Positions 55,445 to 64,000 of a DNA stretch of 64,000 nt are shown here, one piece after another (positions within the stretch are counted from its first letter, which is position 1; each line of letters opens with the position of its first letter). The position numbers and the translations under genes are program-made. Origin of the DNA: Escherichia phage vB_EcoM_DalCa. The stretch lies in sequence record NC_054908.1; one strand, 5' to 3'. The notes beneath the pieces were generated by a model, which searched no databases, was not told where the DNA came from, and was given only the letters and a program-made list of their open reading frames with translations.

Positions 55445-55719
55445 TCGAAATAATCTTCAATTTCGTAATCATGGACATAAATCATTATAGTTTTTAATAC
55501 ATCATCAATACTTTTTCCTGGAGCTGGAATTACGTAAAAATATCCTGCTTTTGAGAGGTCTTTATAAGTTCCAATCAAGAAATCATTATTCTCAAGATGT
55601 AACTCTTCAACTAATTCATTGACAATTGAATGGTATAGGTTTGGTAGAAACTTATATAGCTTTTCTAGAATATCAATTTTGATTGTGTATTGAACCACGG
55701 ACTGAGAATCAATAATCAT
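55441..55719 (-). CDS. arn: Arn anti-restriction protein (McrBC inhibitor)
   Basis: 92-aa acidic ORF at the T4 arn position and length. Confidence 0.8.
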   Translation of the reverse strand: MIIDSQSVVQYTIKIDILEKLYKFLPNLYHSIVNELVEELHLENNDFLIGTYKDLSKAGYFYVIPAPGKSIDDVLKTIMIYVHDYEIEDYFE

Positions 55720-55802
55720 AGACCTTCCCCTTATGTTTCTGTTTGCGATTAGATTCTTTAAACGCTTTCTTCTTATCCTTATGAACAGAAGCTTTATTAA
55801 AA

Positions 55803-56021
55803 TTATGCTTTGCGACTAAATTGTTCATAGTGCTGAATTACCTCTCTTAAACATTTGCATGTGAATGAAAACTTTTTAGCTACACCACATTCAAATATAT
55901 GTTCTCTTAAATCACGTGTATCAGTATATCCCATCTCAACAATAAAATGCCTTATTAGATTTTTATCTTTATCATTGAGAGAATTAAAATAATCAGATTT
56001 TGAATTAATTTCCCTGGCCAA
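55803..56021 (-). CDS. hypothetical protein (arn-motA accessory block)
   Basis: 72-aa ORF. Confidence 0.55.
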   Translation of the reverse strand: MAREINSKSDYFNSLNDKDKNLIRHFIVEMGYTDTRDLREHIFECGVAKKFSFTCKCLREVIQHYEQFSRKA

Positions 56022-56301
56022 ATTGAATCACCTTCAGTTGACGTTTTAGCTCTTTTATCATCTCTTCGTTCATCGCAATATAAAGATCGCGTAAAGCAGG
56101 TTTTATCATTCCATTTATTGGGGAACTAAATGGGCATACATAATCTTTTCCTACGAGCTTTTTAGTGAATTCCATATCACAAAACTGAAATGCAGGTTCA
56201 TTAGCATAAATTCCCCAATTGGTTGACATCATTTTATTGGCATATTCCAATGCTTGGATTTGATTAGTAATTCCATCAATTTGAAACTTTTTAATATTCA
56301 T
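56005..56301 (-). CDS. hypothetical protein (arn-motA accessory block)
   Basis: 98-aa ORF. Confidence 0.6.
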   Translation of the reverse strand: MNIKKFQIDGITNQIQALEYANKMMSTNWGIYANEPAFQFCDMEFTKKLVGKDYVCPFSSPINGMIKPALRDLYIAMNEEMIKELKRQLKVIQFGQGN

Positions 56302-56768
56302 TAGTAAAGGTCCTCGGAGTAAAGTTCTTTTTCACTACCACCACGTTCAATACGCACTTGTCCAGCGTAAGTTGCAATAATCATTGCTTCTTCACGTGTC
56401 CAGTAATTGCTATACTGGTCAATAAATCCTTGGTCTTCACCACAAACATGGTCTGATACAAGTTTATCACTTACCTGGTCAAGAACTTCAGCCATATCTT
56501 TAGAATAATGACGAGCACCAGGAATAACCAGAGTCCCACCATCTTTTAACTTAAAGCGGTTGGCTGCACACACAATTCGACGTTGATATTTTTCATTATT
56601 GTTCCAATGAGCTACTTGCCAACAGATTTCAGGAACCTCTTCTAAAACATCCTCTTCCGTATATTCGGTGTAGTCGCCATAGGCCTGTAATTTAGCTGCT
56701 AGACTTTCTGGAGTTTCACGTAATAAAGCCAGGTCTAATAATTCAAGACGCTCTTTGAAGGTTTTCAT
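56301..56768 (-). CDS. hypothetical protein (arn-motA accessory block)
   Basis: 155-aa ORF. Confidence 0.65.
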   Translation of the reverse strand: MKTFKERLELLDLALLRETPESLAAKLQAYGDYTEYTEEDVLEEVPEICWQVAHWNNNEKYQRRIVCAANRFKLKDGGTLVIPGARHYSKDMAEVLDQVSDKLVSDHVCGEDQGFIDQYSNYWTREEAMIIATYAGQVRIERGGSEKELYSEDLY

Positions 56769-56916
56769 TTGGTTTCCTCAACACTTTTAATTTTTATAGC
56801 TTGTTTAGAACTTTCAAAGCATTGACAATATACTCTTACCGCATCAAACTGGTTGGCCGCTTTAAGATGGACTACACCTTCGTCGTTATAAAATTCTACG
56901 ACAATTTTAAATGTTT

Positions 56917-57246
56917 TCATTTAAACCATCCTTTAATACGTTGCCATAAAGTTTTCTGTTGAGCTTTGTTAACACCAATTGAACGAATAACTGGTTGAGA
57001 TTCCTGAAATTCTTTATAATCAGCAAGGTAAATTTCGTAAGCTGCATCCGTAAATGAACTTATCGCTGCCATAAAATTATTGCGAATACCTACTGGAGCA
57101 TCTTTACTTTCACGAATAATCATGTATTTACCAGTCTTAATCTTTACGATAGTTCCAAGATAAGCTCCATGGTACCAGATGTCCCAACCCTCTTGAGTAG
57201 GTTCTACACAACGACGAAGTTCATTGACAATTTCTAACTTGTTCAT
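56917..57246 (-). CDS. hypothetical protein (arn-motA accessory block)
   Basis: 109-aa ORF. Confidence 0.6.
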   Translation of the reverse strand: MNKLEIVNELRRCVEPTQEGWDIWYHGAYLGTIVKIKTGKYMIIRESKDAPVGIRNNFMAAISSFTDAAYEIYLADYKEFQESQPVIRSIGVNKAQQKTLWQRIKGWFK

Positions 57247-57256
57247 TATTTATTCC

Positions 57257-57892
57257 TCACAGTTCAGATGCTACAGTGATTACAGCTTCAATGTTTTCTG
57301 CCGAGCGTTTAATGTCAAGATACACATTACCGTTTTTAGCGATTTTACATGACATTCCGATATCAGTAAATTTCTGAATATGATGTTCCATCATTTTGTA
57401 TCCAAAAATTCGCATATTTCCATTATTGTTAATTTCAAAATTACGAATTCCGTGAGTGCGTTTTTCTAAAATGGCAAGATAATTACTACGATAAGTTTCA
57501 ACCTTTTTAAGAACAAATCCATTTTCATCTAAAAGTTTTAACATGAGGTCTTTATCTTCTTCCATATCAGAAGTAATCTCACGAGCTTTACGAGTTGCTC
57601 GTTTTTTCAGTAGTTCAGGAGCATTTTCCTGTGCATATAAAGTTGCCGCATTTGAAATAATATCCTGAGCTTCACCAGTAATGATTAATCCATCACCAGA
57701 TTTCTCCACCAGGCCTTTTTTAATCAATACCCCAATATTACTATTAACTACTGCGTTACCTAAATCTGGATGCACCTCACGAACTTCTGCGGCTGTAATG
57801 AAATCTTTCTTAGCAATGGTAATTAAAATCGCAGCAGTTTTTTCATTCAGAACATCGTTAGAAGCTTTGATGATGTAAGTTACTTTAGACAT
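57257..57892 (-). CDS. motA: MotA activator of middle transcription
   Basis: 211-aa ORF recognised as T4 MotA. Confidence 0.92.
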   Translation of the reverse strand: MSKVTYIIKASNDVLNEKTAAILITIAKKDFITAAEVREVHPDLGNAVVNSNIGVLIKKGLVEKSGDGLIITGEAQDIISNAATLYAQENAPELLKKRATRKAREITSDMEEDKDLMLKLLDENGFVLKKVETYRSNYLAILEKRTHGIRNFEINNNGNMRIFGYKMMEHHIQKFTDIGMSCKIAKNGNVYLDIKRSAENIEAVITVASEL

Positions 57893-57904
57893 TTTAATCT
57901 CCGT

Positions 57905-57950
57905 TTCAGTTCATTTATTTGATAGGTCTATAGTATCATGTTTAAAGCAG
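57905..57950 (-). promoter_or_regulatory. T4 early-type promoter upstream of motA (GTTTACT -35, GATACTAT -10)
   Basis: minus-strand AAAAAAGTGTTTACTTCTGCTTTAAACATGATACTATAG. Confidence 0.55.
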
Positions 57951-57997
57951 AAGTAAACACTTTTTTGCACTCTTTTTCAAGAGCTCTAATAAAGTAC

Positions 57998-58225
57998 TTA
58001 CTTAATGTTCAGATTACGAACTTCGATTTCGTCTTCATGGGCAAAATCAAACTGTTTGAATTCTGTGTCACCTTTAAATTTAAAAATCATTGTGAAGAAA
58101 GTCAGAACACCAGGTTTTTCTTCACGAACTCCACAGATATCATATTCAATACCATCTACAACCAGTTTGTTAGCAGTCGGAGCATTTTTAGCTTTAACGA
58201 TTTCGTTTTCGATTTTAAATTTCAT
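57998..58225 (-). CDS. hypothetical protein (motA.1 position)
   Basis: 75-aa ORF with GGAGA Shine-Dalgarno. Confidence 0.65.
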   Translation of the reverse strand: MKFKIENEIVKAKNAPTANKLVVDGIEYDICGVREEKPGVLTFFTMIFKFKGDTEFKQFDFAHEDEIEVRNLNIK

Positions 58226-58269
58226 TTTTTGTATCTCCGGGTTGTTTGTTTCAGTTCATTTATTTGATA

Positions 58270-58330
58270 GTTGTATAGTACCACAGTATGCTTTGGTTGT
58301 AAACCGTTTTGTGAAAAAATTTTTGAAATA
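58270..58330 (-). promoter_or_regulatory. T4 early-type promoter (UP element, GTTTACA -35, 17-bp spacer, -10)
   Basis: near-identical to 41422..41482; -35 at 58298..58304, -10 at 58272..58280. Confidence 0.65.
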
Positions 58331-58335
58331 AAAAA

Positions 58336-58356
58336 GGGAGAGCCGAGGCTCTCCCT
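58336..58356 (-). terminator. hairpin (GGGAGAGCC-GA-GGCTCTCCC) after the gene 52 unit
   Basis: 9-bp GC-rich inverted repeat just downstream of the small ORF that follows gene 52. Confidence 0.6.
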
Positions 58357-58360
58357 AAAA

Positions 58361-58510
58361 TTACTGCATGACTGTGATAACTGTCATGATAACACGTTGA
58401 ATTCCGAACGCAAGAAGACCTCCTGCTACGGCAGGAACAACACCTAAACCCGCCAGTAAAATGCCACCAGATACTAATGCAGCGCTTGTGATACCAATGA
58501 ATGGACTCAT
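58361..58510 (-). CDS. small hydrophobic membrane protein (49 aa) translationally coupled to gene 52
   Basis: manual translation MSPFIGITSAALVSGGILLAGLGVVPAVAGG...; ATG overlaps the gene 52 stop; below track length cutoff. Confidence 0.45.
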   Translation of the reverse strand: MSPFIGITSAALVSGGILLAGLGVVPAVAGGLLAFGIQRVIMTVITVMQ

Positions 58511-59835
58511 TTGATTTCCTCTAAATCTTTGGTGTATTCTGTAACTACATCAGTAGTTTTCCAATATTCGTTTTCTTCTTTTTTGGCTTTAGCTTCTTCA
58601 GCAAGTTTCTTTGCTTCGTCGGAAGTCATATGAAAAATGTTCATTCCAACTAGTTTATCAACATAAGAAGAATACATATCAATTTTAGAAAGTTCTTCGG
58701 TCAGTTCTTTGCGAGTTTTACCTTGTACAACAATTTCACCTGAAATTACTTTCTTAATGAAATGTGCCTTGGCAAAAGCTAAACGAAATGCTGATTCAGT
58801 TTCTTTGATTTTGTTATCAATTCGTTTTTGGACATAAGTTTTACGAACTTCAACGAAGTCTTTGATTAAATCAACTACATTATCGTAAACTTGCAGCTTT
58901 CCTTTCTCATTAATGACGGTAATATTCTGGGAACGACGCTCAATCAACCCGAAGTCTTTCATAATTTTTGCATGGCGTTCTTCTTCATTATCGCTCAAAG
59001 AGTATTCTTTTCGGAATTTAACTTTGAAGCCAAAGCCATGCTCACCACAAGCATCATCCCATGTAATGAAGCCTTTATCTTCAAGCGGGTCTAAGATTTT
59101 ACTCACATAAGTTTCACGATCATACTTATATGGAATCTCAGTGATATGCATTTGAGTTCGTGAAGTAAACTTATATGTTCCACGAATTTCATATTGCCCA
59201 TCAATTTCAACGACTTCACCACGAAATTCTGGGAATTCTACCTTCGGTTTAGTTACTTTCTTTCCTTGAAGAGCTTGCAGTACAGCTTTCTTGACAGAAG
59301 AAACACTATGAGGAAGAATGTAAGTTGCATAACCAGTTGCAATACCGGAAACACCATTAAGAAGAACAGTAGGAATAATAGGCAAATAGAAAGCAGGAGG
59401 AATGTGTTCTTTATCTTGATGTACTGGAGCATATTCAGTATCTTTATATACGTTATAGAAATTTTTACTTACACGAGCAAAAATATAACGACTTGCTGCT
59501 GCCTTTTGAACGGTACGAGAACCAAAGTTTCCTTGACCGTCTAACAAAGGAAAGTTATTATTCCAAGTATTAGCCATCAAAGCCCCCGCATCTTGTGCAG
59601 AGTTTTCACCATGATGATATCCAAGGTCAGCTACACCACCTGCAATAGAAGCAAGTTTGTGAAACTTATCTTTATTTCCTCGTGCCAAATCAAGAGCTCG
59701 AGCAATAACAAATCGTTGAACTGGCTTAAATCCATCAATCATATTTGGAATAGCACGATTTTCAACCGTGTACATAGCATAAGCCAATGCTTCATTATCA
59801 ATGATACTTTTTAAATCGCGATTATTCAGTTGCAT
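58507..59835 (-). CDS. 52: topoisomerase II medium subunit gp52
   Basis: 442-aa ORF recognised as T4 gp52. Confidence 0.93.
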   Translation of the reverse strand: MQLNNRDLKSIIDNEALAYAMYTVENRAIPNMIDGFKPVQRFVIARALDLARGNKDKFHKLASIAGGVADLGYHHGENSAQDAGALMANTWNNNFPLLDGQGNFGSRTVQKAAASRYIFARVSKNFYNVYKDTEYAPVHQDKEHIPPAFYLPIIPTVLLNGVSGIATGYATYILPHSVSSVKKAVLQALQGKKVTKPKVEFPEFRGEVVEIDGQYEIRGTYKFTSRTQMHITEIPYKYDRETYVSKILDPLEDKGFITWDDACGEHGFGFKVKFRKEYSLSDNEEERHAKIMKDFGLIERRSQNITVINEKGKLQVYDNVVDLIKDFVEVRKTYVQKRIDNKIKETESAFRLAFAKAHFIKKVISGEIVVQGKTRKELTEELSKIDMYSSYVDKLVGMNIFHMTSDEAKKLAEEAKAKKEENEYWKTTDVVTEYTKDLEEIK

Positions 59836-59839
59836 AAAT

Positions 59840-59980
59840 TTACCATACTAGTGAATGTAGTGCCATAATAACATCAGAAATGAAAAGCACGACTTGAATT
59901 AATCCGAACATTACTCCATAATATAGTGCTACTAATAAAGTAGCAAGGGCTAATGAATAGCCCAAGATTTTCTTAATCAT
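59840..59980 (-). CDS. small hydrophobic protein (46 aa; 52.1 position)
   Basis: manual translation MIKKILGYSLALATLLVALYYGVMFG...; below track length cutoff. Confidence 0.45.
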   Translation of the reverse strand: MIKKILGYSLALATLLVALYYGVMFGLIQVVLFISDVIMALHSLVW

Positions 59981-60131
59981 TAGTAGATAACAACACAAAT
60001 GTTAAATATGCACACATACCCTGAGCTAAAGCTTGCGAAAACACACTGCTGGCATCAATACAGATAGTTAAAACACATGCTACTATCCAACAAATAAATG
60101 AAATAACTCCTAATAATTTTGCAATATTCAT
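59973..60131 (-). CDS. ac: Ac-type small membrane protein (acriflavine sensitivity locus), 52 aa
   Basis: manual translation MNIAKLLGVISFICWIVACVLTICID...; position between stp and 52 as in T4. Confidence 0.5.
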   Translation of the reverse strand: MNIAKLLGVISFICWIVACVLTICIDASSVFSQALAQGMCAYLTFVLLSTND

Positions 60132-60138
60132 ATTTTCC

Positions 60139-60219
60139 TCACTGGCGTCCGAAGACGCCTTTGGTTTTAAGATTGTTACGATAGAACTGCATCACATGTT
60201 CGTTATGGAAATTACTCAT
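60139..60219 (-). CDS. stp: Stp peptide (26 aa)
   Basis: manual translation [26 protein letters not shown] recognised as T4 Stp; ATG overlaps the ndd stop. Confidence 0.75.
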
Positions 60220-60677
60220 TAATATGCCTGCAAAACAAATTTAAAGTTATCAGCCAACATACGGTTCATTTCTTCAAGTGTTTGATACTCAGAATGATGA
60301 TTACGAGTAAACGCTAAAGCTAACTGTCCTTTTCCAAATCCCGTCGTCAGAGGTTTCATCTTAGAAGCAGGCAGATAAAATACTGTGTATGGAACATTGT
60401 TATTTGCAATAGTACGCGCAAGTTGAGACCGGCGTTGACGAATATGACTTAGAACTGCGCTGAATCCTTGCTTAGAACGCTGATTACCCACATAAAATCG
60501 TGCGGATACGCACGGATTACTAAATGGACGACCATCTAATTTACACACTAAAAAGTAAAATCCAGGTTTAGATAAAATATCTTTATGCGGAGTTCCTAAA
60601 AACCATTCACCACCCTTGATTGTACCAATAACAGTTGCGCCTGCATCATTCAGATCAGTAACAGTCATGTATTTCAT
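60219..60677 (-). CDS. ndd: Ndd nucleoid disruption protein
   Basis: 152-aa ORF recognised as T4 Ndd. Confidence 0.85.
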
Positions 60678-60735
60678 ATTAATTTCCTCTAAATTATTTT
60701 CTACTCCAAGGCCGCATGAATACGCGGCTATTAAA

Positions 60736-60951
60736 TTAATCGTCGCAGTCGACGCTCAATTCCCAAAACTCTTCTACAGTATAAGTTTCAGTATCATTTT
60801 CAATACAGAAACGTTCATTACTATTATTTGCTAAAGTAGCATTAACTGTCGGTTTCTCGCTAGTGCTCTTAAGAGGTGAAATACGAATTAACTGATCACC
60901 GTTATCTAAACAAAAAATTTCACCGACTTTTACATCTTTAAAACTTTTCAT
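60736..60951 (-). CDS. hypothetical protein (ndd.1 position)
   Basis: 71-aa ORF. Confidence 0.6.
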   Translation of the reverse strand: MKSFKDVKVGEIFCLDNGDQLIRISPLKSTSEKPTVNATLANNSNERFCIENDTETYTVEEFWELSVDCDD

Positions 60952-61066
60952 AATTCACCTCAAGGAGTATAAAATCCGAATGCAGTTGTTGACCATCCCA
61001 TCCAATATGGGAAATTTGCACCAATGTAAAACATAAGAATATAAAACCAACCACTCAGCAAATTCA

Positions 61067-61264
61067 TCATTTTACACCATTCCAAATTGTTTCAACCACG
61101 GATTTTAAACCATTTTGATGAATGTCCATTCCGACTACTGCCATCAAATAGATTCCAACTACAACTGAACCTAAGGCAAAAATCAGCATGAAAATGAATA
61201 AAGCCGGAAAAATATTATCGAAAAACCATTCAATAAATGTAAAAGCACTGCGTTTACGCTTCAT
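61067..61264 (-). CDS. small membrane protein
   Basis: 65 aa from the Met with GAGGAAAAT Shine-Dalgarno; two hydrophobic segments. Confidence 0.55.
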   Translation of the reverse strand: MKRKRSAFTFIEWFFDNIFPALFIFMLIFALGSVVVGIYLMAVVGMDIHQNGLKSVVETIWNGVK

Positions 61265-61271
61265 ATTTTCC

Positions 61272-61385
61272 TCACATAAATCCAAAGTAAGCGTTTAATA
61301 CATCAATCATTAAAACGATTGGGAATATACTCAAAACTATTAGTATTATAACTACATTCCATATAGCTTTAACAATCTTTTTCAT
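61272..61385 (-). CDS. small membrane protein (37 aa)
   Basis: internal Met with GGAGGAACAGAAA Shine-Dalgarno; the longer track ORF runs into an early-type promoter. Confidence 0.45.
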   Translation of the reverse strand: MKKIVKAIWNVVIILIVLSIFPIVLMIDVLNAYFGFM

Positions 61386-61627
61386 TTTCTGTTCCTCCGT
61401 AGTTGATAGAGTAATAATACCACAGAGGAACAGTCTTGTAAACAACTTTTTAAAAATATTCGTAATAAATGTGAATACCAACTACTACCGCTGAAACCTG
61501 TGCAACCCACCACGCACAAGCAATAAGTACAGAATTCAAAATTTTCATAATAACCTCATCACAAAAGTAAATGTTAAACAAATTACTGGAATACTAATTA
61601 ACCAAACAAAACACCACCACAGTGAAC

Positions 61628-61891
61628 TCATAGCTCAATCTCAACGATTTCCAAGTGTTTTTGTTTTATTGCCTTTTTAACACAATCATGGACTAAATAT
61701 GACCATGAATCATTATATTCTCCATTAACTAATCGTTGGAGATCTTCACGTGATGATAAGTAAGGTTGATCTGATTCCCATTTTGATAAAAATACTGCAG
61801 TAAAAATATCTCCTTCATCTGTAGTTGAAGTCGTAAATGCAATAAATTCACCGGTAATTTTATGTTTAGCGTAATAAAATTTAAATTTCAT
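61628..61891 (-). CDS. hypothetical protein
   Basis: 87 aa from the internal Met with GGAGGAG Shine-Dalgarno; the longer track ORF runs into a promoter. Confidence 0.6.
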   Translation of the reverse strand: MKFKFYYAKHKITGEFIAFTTSTTDEGDIFTAVFLSKWESDQPYLSSREDLQRLVNGEYNDSWSYLVHDCVKKAIKQKHLEIVEIEL

Positions 61892-61913
61892 TTTTACTCC
61901 TCCGTAGCTGATA

Positions 61914-61972
61914 GTTGTATAGTACCACGGTCCTTGTAGTATGTAAACGGTTTTGTGAAAATTTTTTAAATG
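61914..61972 (-). promoter_or_regulatory. T4 early-type promoter (third member of the repeat family)
   Basis: -35 TGTAAAC (plus-strand spelling) at 61942..61948, -10 at 61915..61924. Confidence 0.6.
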
Positions 61973-62523
61973 GAAAGATACCATCCATTGTAGTTGCTTT
62001 TTCTTACAACCTTACGAAGGTCTTCTCTGTCACCTATGAACTTCGGAGTGTACTGGATAACACCTGGATGAATTTCTTTAGTGTTGAATATAATTATACA
62101 GTCAGCGACTTGATGATTTAGAATGGGCCCTAGATTTATTCCAGAACCGTATGGATACTCTCCGCTGCATCCTGTTGTTACAGAAATCCAACGTGAGCCA
62201 GTTTGATGTGTCTTAACTTCTACACGAAGCCCACAGTATTTTGGATGTGCTAAAACATCCCACGCGTATGTATATGGATCATCGACATCTTCTTGACCTT
62301 TATTAACATACCCGCTTAGCCAATCTGCTACAAAAAACTCTGCGTATACAGCAATACGACATCTTTCAATAACTTCTGCTTTATCCTGGTTCGGGTTTTG
62401 TTTTAAAGAGTATCTTGCAGTATCAGCAATTTTGACCTTCATTTCACTAGTCAAGTCACTGTTCGATAGGGTAAATGTCGGAATCTGAAATAGTCTCTGT
62501 AAACCCGGATTCGTTTTCTGCAT
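61966..62523 (-). CDS. denB: endonuclease IV
   Basis: 185-aa ORF at the T4 denB position and length. Confidence 0.8.
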   Translation of the reverse strand: MQKTNPGLQRLFQIPTFTLSNSDLTSEMKVKIADTARYSLKQNPNQDKAEVIERCRIAVYAEFFVADWLSGYVNKGQEDVDDPYTYAWDVLAHPKYCGLRVEVKTHQTGSRWISVTTGCSGEYPYGSGINLGPILNHQVADCIIIFNTKEIHPGVIQYTPKFIGDREDLRKVVRKSNYNGWYLSI

Positions 62524-62785
62524 TTAGACTTTCCTTTTTACCACTGAGATAAGCGTTATATACTTTAAGAGTGCCGTAATAAATTCGGTCATTTTCATCT
62601 AAAGACTCGCGGTCAAGTTCATCGAGCTCCTTTTTATCCATGACTATAACATCATTACAGTAAAGAAACCCAAGTTTTTCGTGACCAAACTCAAATTTAT
62701 TACAGTACACAATATTAGCGTGATGATTTCCGTGCAGTTTAATCTCTTTTATGTCGGAATCACCGATATTCATACAATAAATCAT
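62456..62785 (-). CDS. hypothetical protein (denB.1 position)
   Basis: 109-aa ORF; 5' end overlaps denB. Confidence 0.55.
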   Translation of the reverse strand: MIYCMNIGDSDIKEIKLHGNHHANIVYCNKFEFGHEKLGFLYCNDVIVMDKKELDELDRESLDENDRIYYGTLKVYNAYLSGKKESLNAENESGFTETISDSDIYPIEQ

Positions 62786-62823
62786 AATTTTTCCTTAAAA
62801 CAAAAGGGCCGAAGCCCCTTATT

Positions 62824-63018
62824 TTATTTGAATTGCGCAATTCTTTTTTCTAAACAATCTGCATAAGATTTCATTGAGATGAACTGTGAAAGCAGTAATT
62901 CTTGCTCAACTTCATTAATCGTTAGAAACTTTGTACTTTCTAAAAATTTGCTCAGTGCATTAATTTTGAGCATTAATTGATCGTATTCTTCTTTTACTCG
63001 TGCTTGATAACCTAACAT
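62824..63018 (-). CDS. hypothetical protein
   Basis: 64-aa ORF flanked by GGGCCGAAGCCC hairpins. Confidence 0.55.
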   Translation of the reverse strand: MLGYQARVKEEYDQLMLKINALSKFLESTKFLTINEVEQELLLSQFISMKSYADCLEKRIAQFK

Positions 63019-63050
63019 AATTTTCCTTAATATGATAAGGGCCGAAGCCC

Positions 63051-63989
63051 TTATTTAAATTGTTCAGTAACGTCTTCAACTACTTCGTATTGGCAGGTAC
63101 GCATTTTAGCGTCGTTGTAATCAATCGGAATTGATACCACATCGCGAGGATGCACTTTAACTTTTACGACTCGGCTGGTTGAACTGCCAAAGTGACGAAT
63201 ATAAGATTTAGAACACACATGCAGACCACGAGAACAAGTTTGTGTATCATCGTCATTCACGCGAGTACGTGGCATTTTAACTACTTTACCCGGACTGTTA
63301 TCAAAGGTATTTGAGTGACAGTCAAAGTAATTGCTGCGAACTACTTTCCAAGCATAGAAGTAGCCATCTTCTGTAATTTCAATATCGTTTGCTACCAAGA
63401 AATCAAAGAGTCGAGATACCGCTTTTTGGCTTGGGTTTTCCAGCAGATTTTCCAAGAACGGAAAATAAAATTCAAAGTTTTCGCCTTTTTCCATCGAGTC
63501 AAGAATACGATCAACCAAACCAGACCGCAATTCAATATTTTGATAGAACAAGCTTCCACCTTCAATTCGAACATCGCCGGAAATATATTTTTCAACAGCG
63601 CGACGAACATTAATTTTTTGTGCTGCTTCTTCCAGCTTATCCGCTACAAGCAGATTAAGAATTTCCTGGAAGTTTGAATGAGTATTAGGAGTTGCGTTAT
63701 AAGTTACACCGTCAACAGTAATTGAAATGAATTTTTTAGATGCATTCCAAATAATGTCAGATTTAGCAACTGGAGCAATAACTGCATCGCTATTAACTTT
63801 AACTGTAATATCACCGCTAATAGTAACTTTAGGGCGTTTAGCTTCTTCAGCATTTTTCAAAACACGACGGATTGTGTCAACCGATACATCCTTCCAATAA
63901 GCTAATTCCTGCTGAGTGTAATTACCACTTGAATACAGTTTAACAATTTCAGCTTGTTCGTTTTTGGTCAGGCATTTAATATTGTACAT
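63051..63989 (-). CDS. rIIB: rIIB
   Basis: 312-aa ORF recognised as T4 rIIB; the start codon lies 11 nt from the window end. Confidence 0.92.
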   Translation of the reverse strand: MYNIKCLTKNEQAEIVKLYSSGNYTQQELAYWKDVSVDTIRRVLKNAEEAKRPKVTISGDITVKVNSDAVIAPVAKSDIIWNASKKFISITVDGVTYNATPNTHSNFQEILNLLVADKLEEAAQKINVRRAVEKYISGDVRIEGGSLFYQNIELRSGLVDRILDSMEKGENFEFYFPFLENLLENPSQKAVSRLFDFLVANDIEITEDGYFYAWKVVRSNYFDCHSNTFDNSPGKVVKMPRTRVNDDDTQTCSRGLHVCSKSYIRHFGSSTSRVVKVKVHPRDVVSIPIDYNDAKMRTCQYEVVEDVTEQFK

Positions 63990-64000
63990 AATTTTCCTTA

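Noticed and set aside
55722-55841. 39-aa basic ORF (MNNLVAKHNFNKASVHKDKKK...) upstream of and overlapping the arn start
   Set aside because: Very short with no clear Shine-Dalgarno; may be real but the evidence is too weak to annotate.

Overview
The window is a contiguous ~64 kb segment of a T4-like (T-even, Tevenvirinae) myophage genome, running from the 3' part of gene 23 (major capsid protein) to rIIB. Almost all of it is coding and maps onto the canonical T4 gene order: head genes 23/24; rnlB, hoc, inh; uvsW/uvsY; the baseplate block 25-26-51-27-28-29-48-54; alt, DNA ligase 30 and the 30.x accessory ORFs; rIII, 31, cd, pseT, spanins, alc, rnlA, denA; nrdB/nrdA, td, frd; 32, 59, 33, dsbA, rnh; long tail fibre genes 34-37 with a T2-type gp38 adhesin; holin t, asiA, arn, motA, 52, ac, stp, ndd, denB, rIIB. 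All protein identifications are by recognition of the translated ORFs against T4 proteins recalled from memory; no database search was run. I do not see a clearly novel multi-gene system. The points most worth a second look are: two tandem full-length Alt-like ADP-ribosyltransferase paralogs; an in-frame TGA truncating RNA ligase 2 with the downstream frame intact; a NADAR/YbiA-like ORF (30.3) beside the alt/ligase block; an extra ORF between frd and td; a Hoc with four Ig-like repeats; and a gp37 C-terminal chaperone-like domain plus hypervariable gp38 adhesin. The td and nrdB genes are uninterrupted (no introns) and no homing endonuclease genes were recognised. No tRNA, rRNA or CRISPR features were found.
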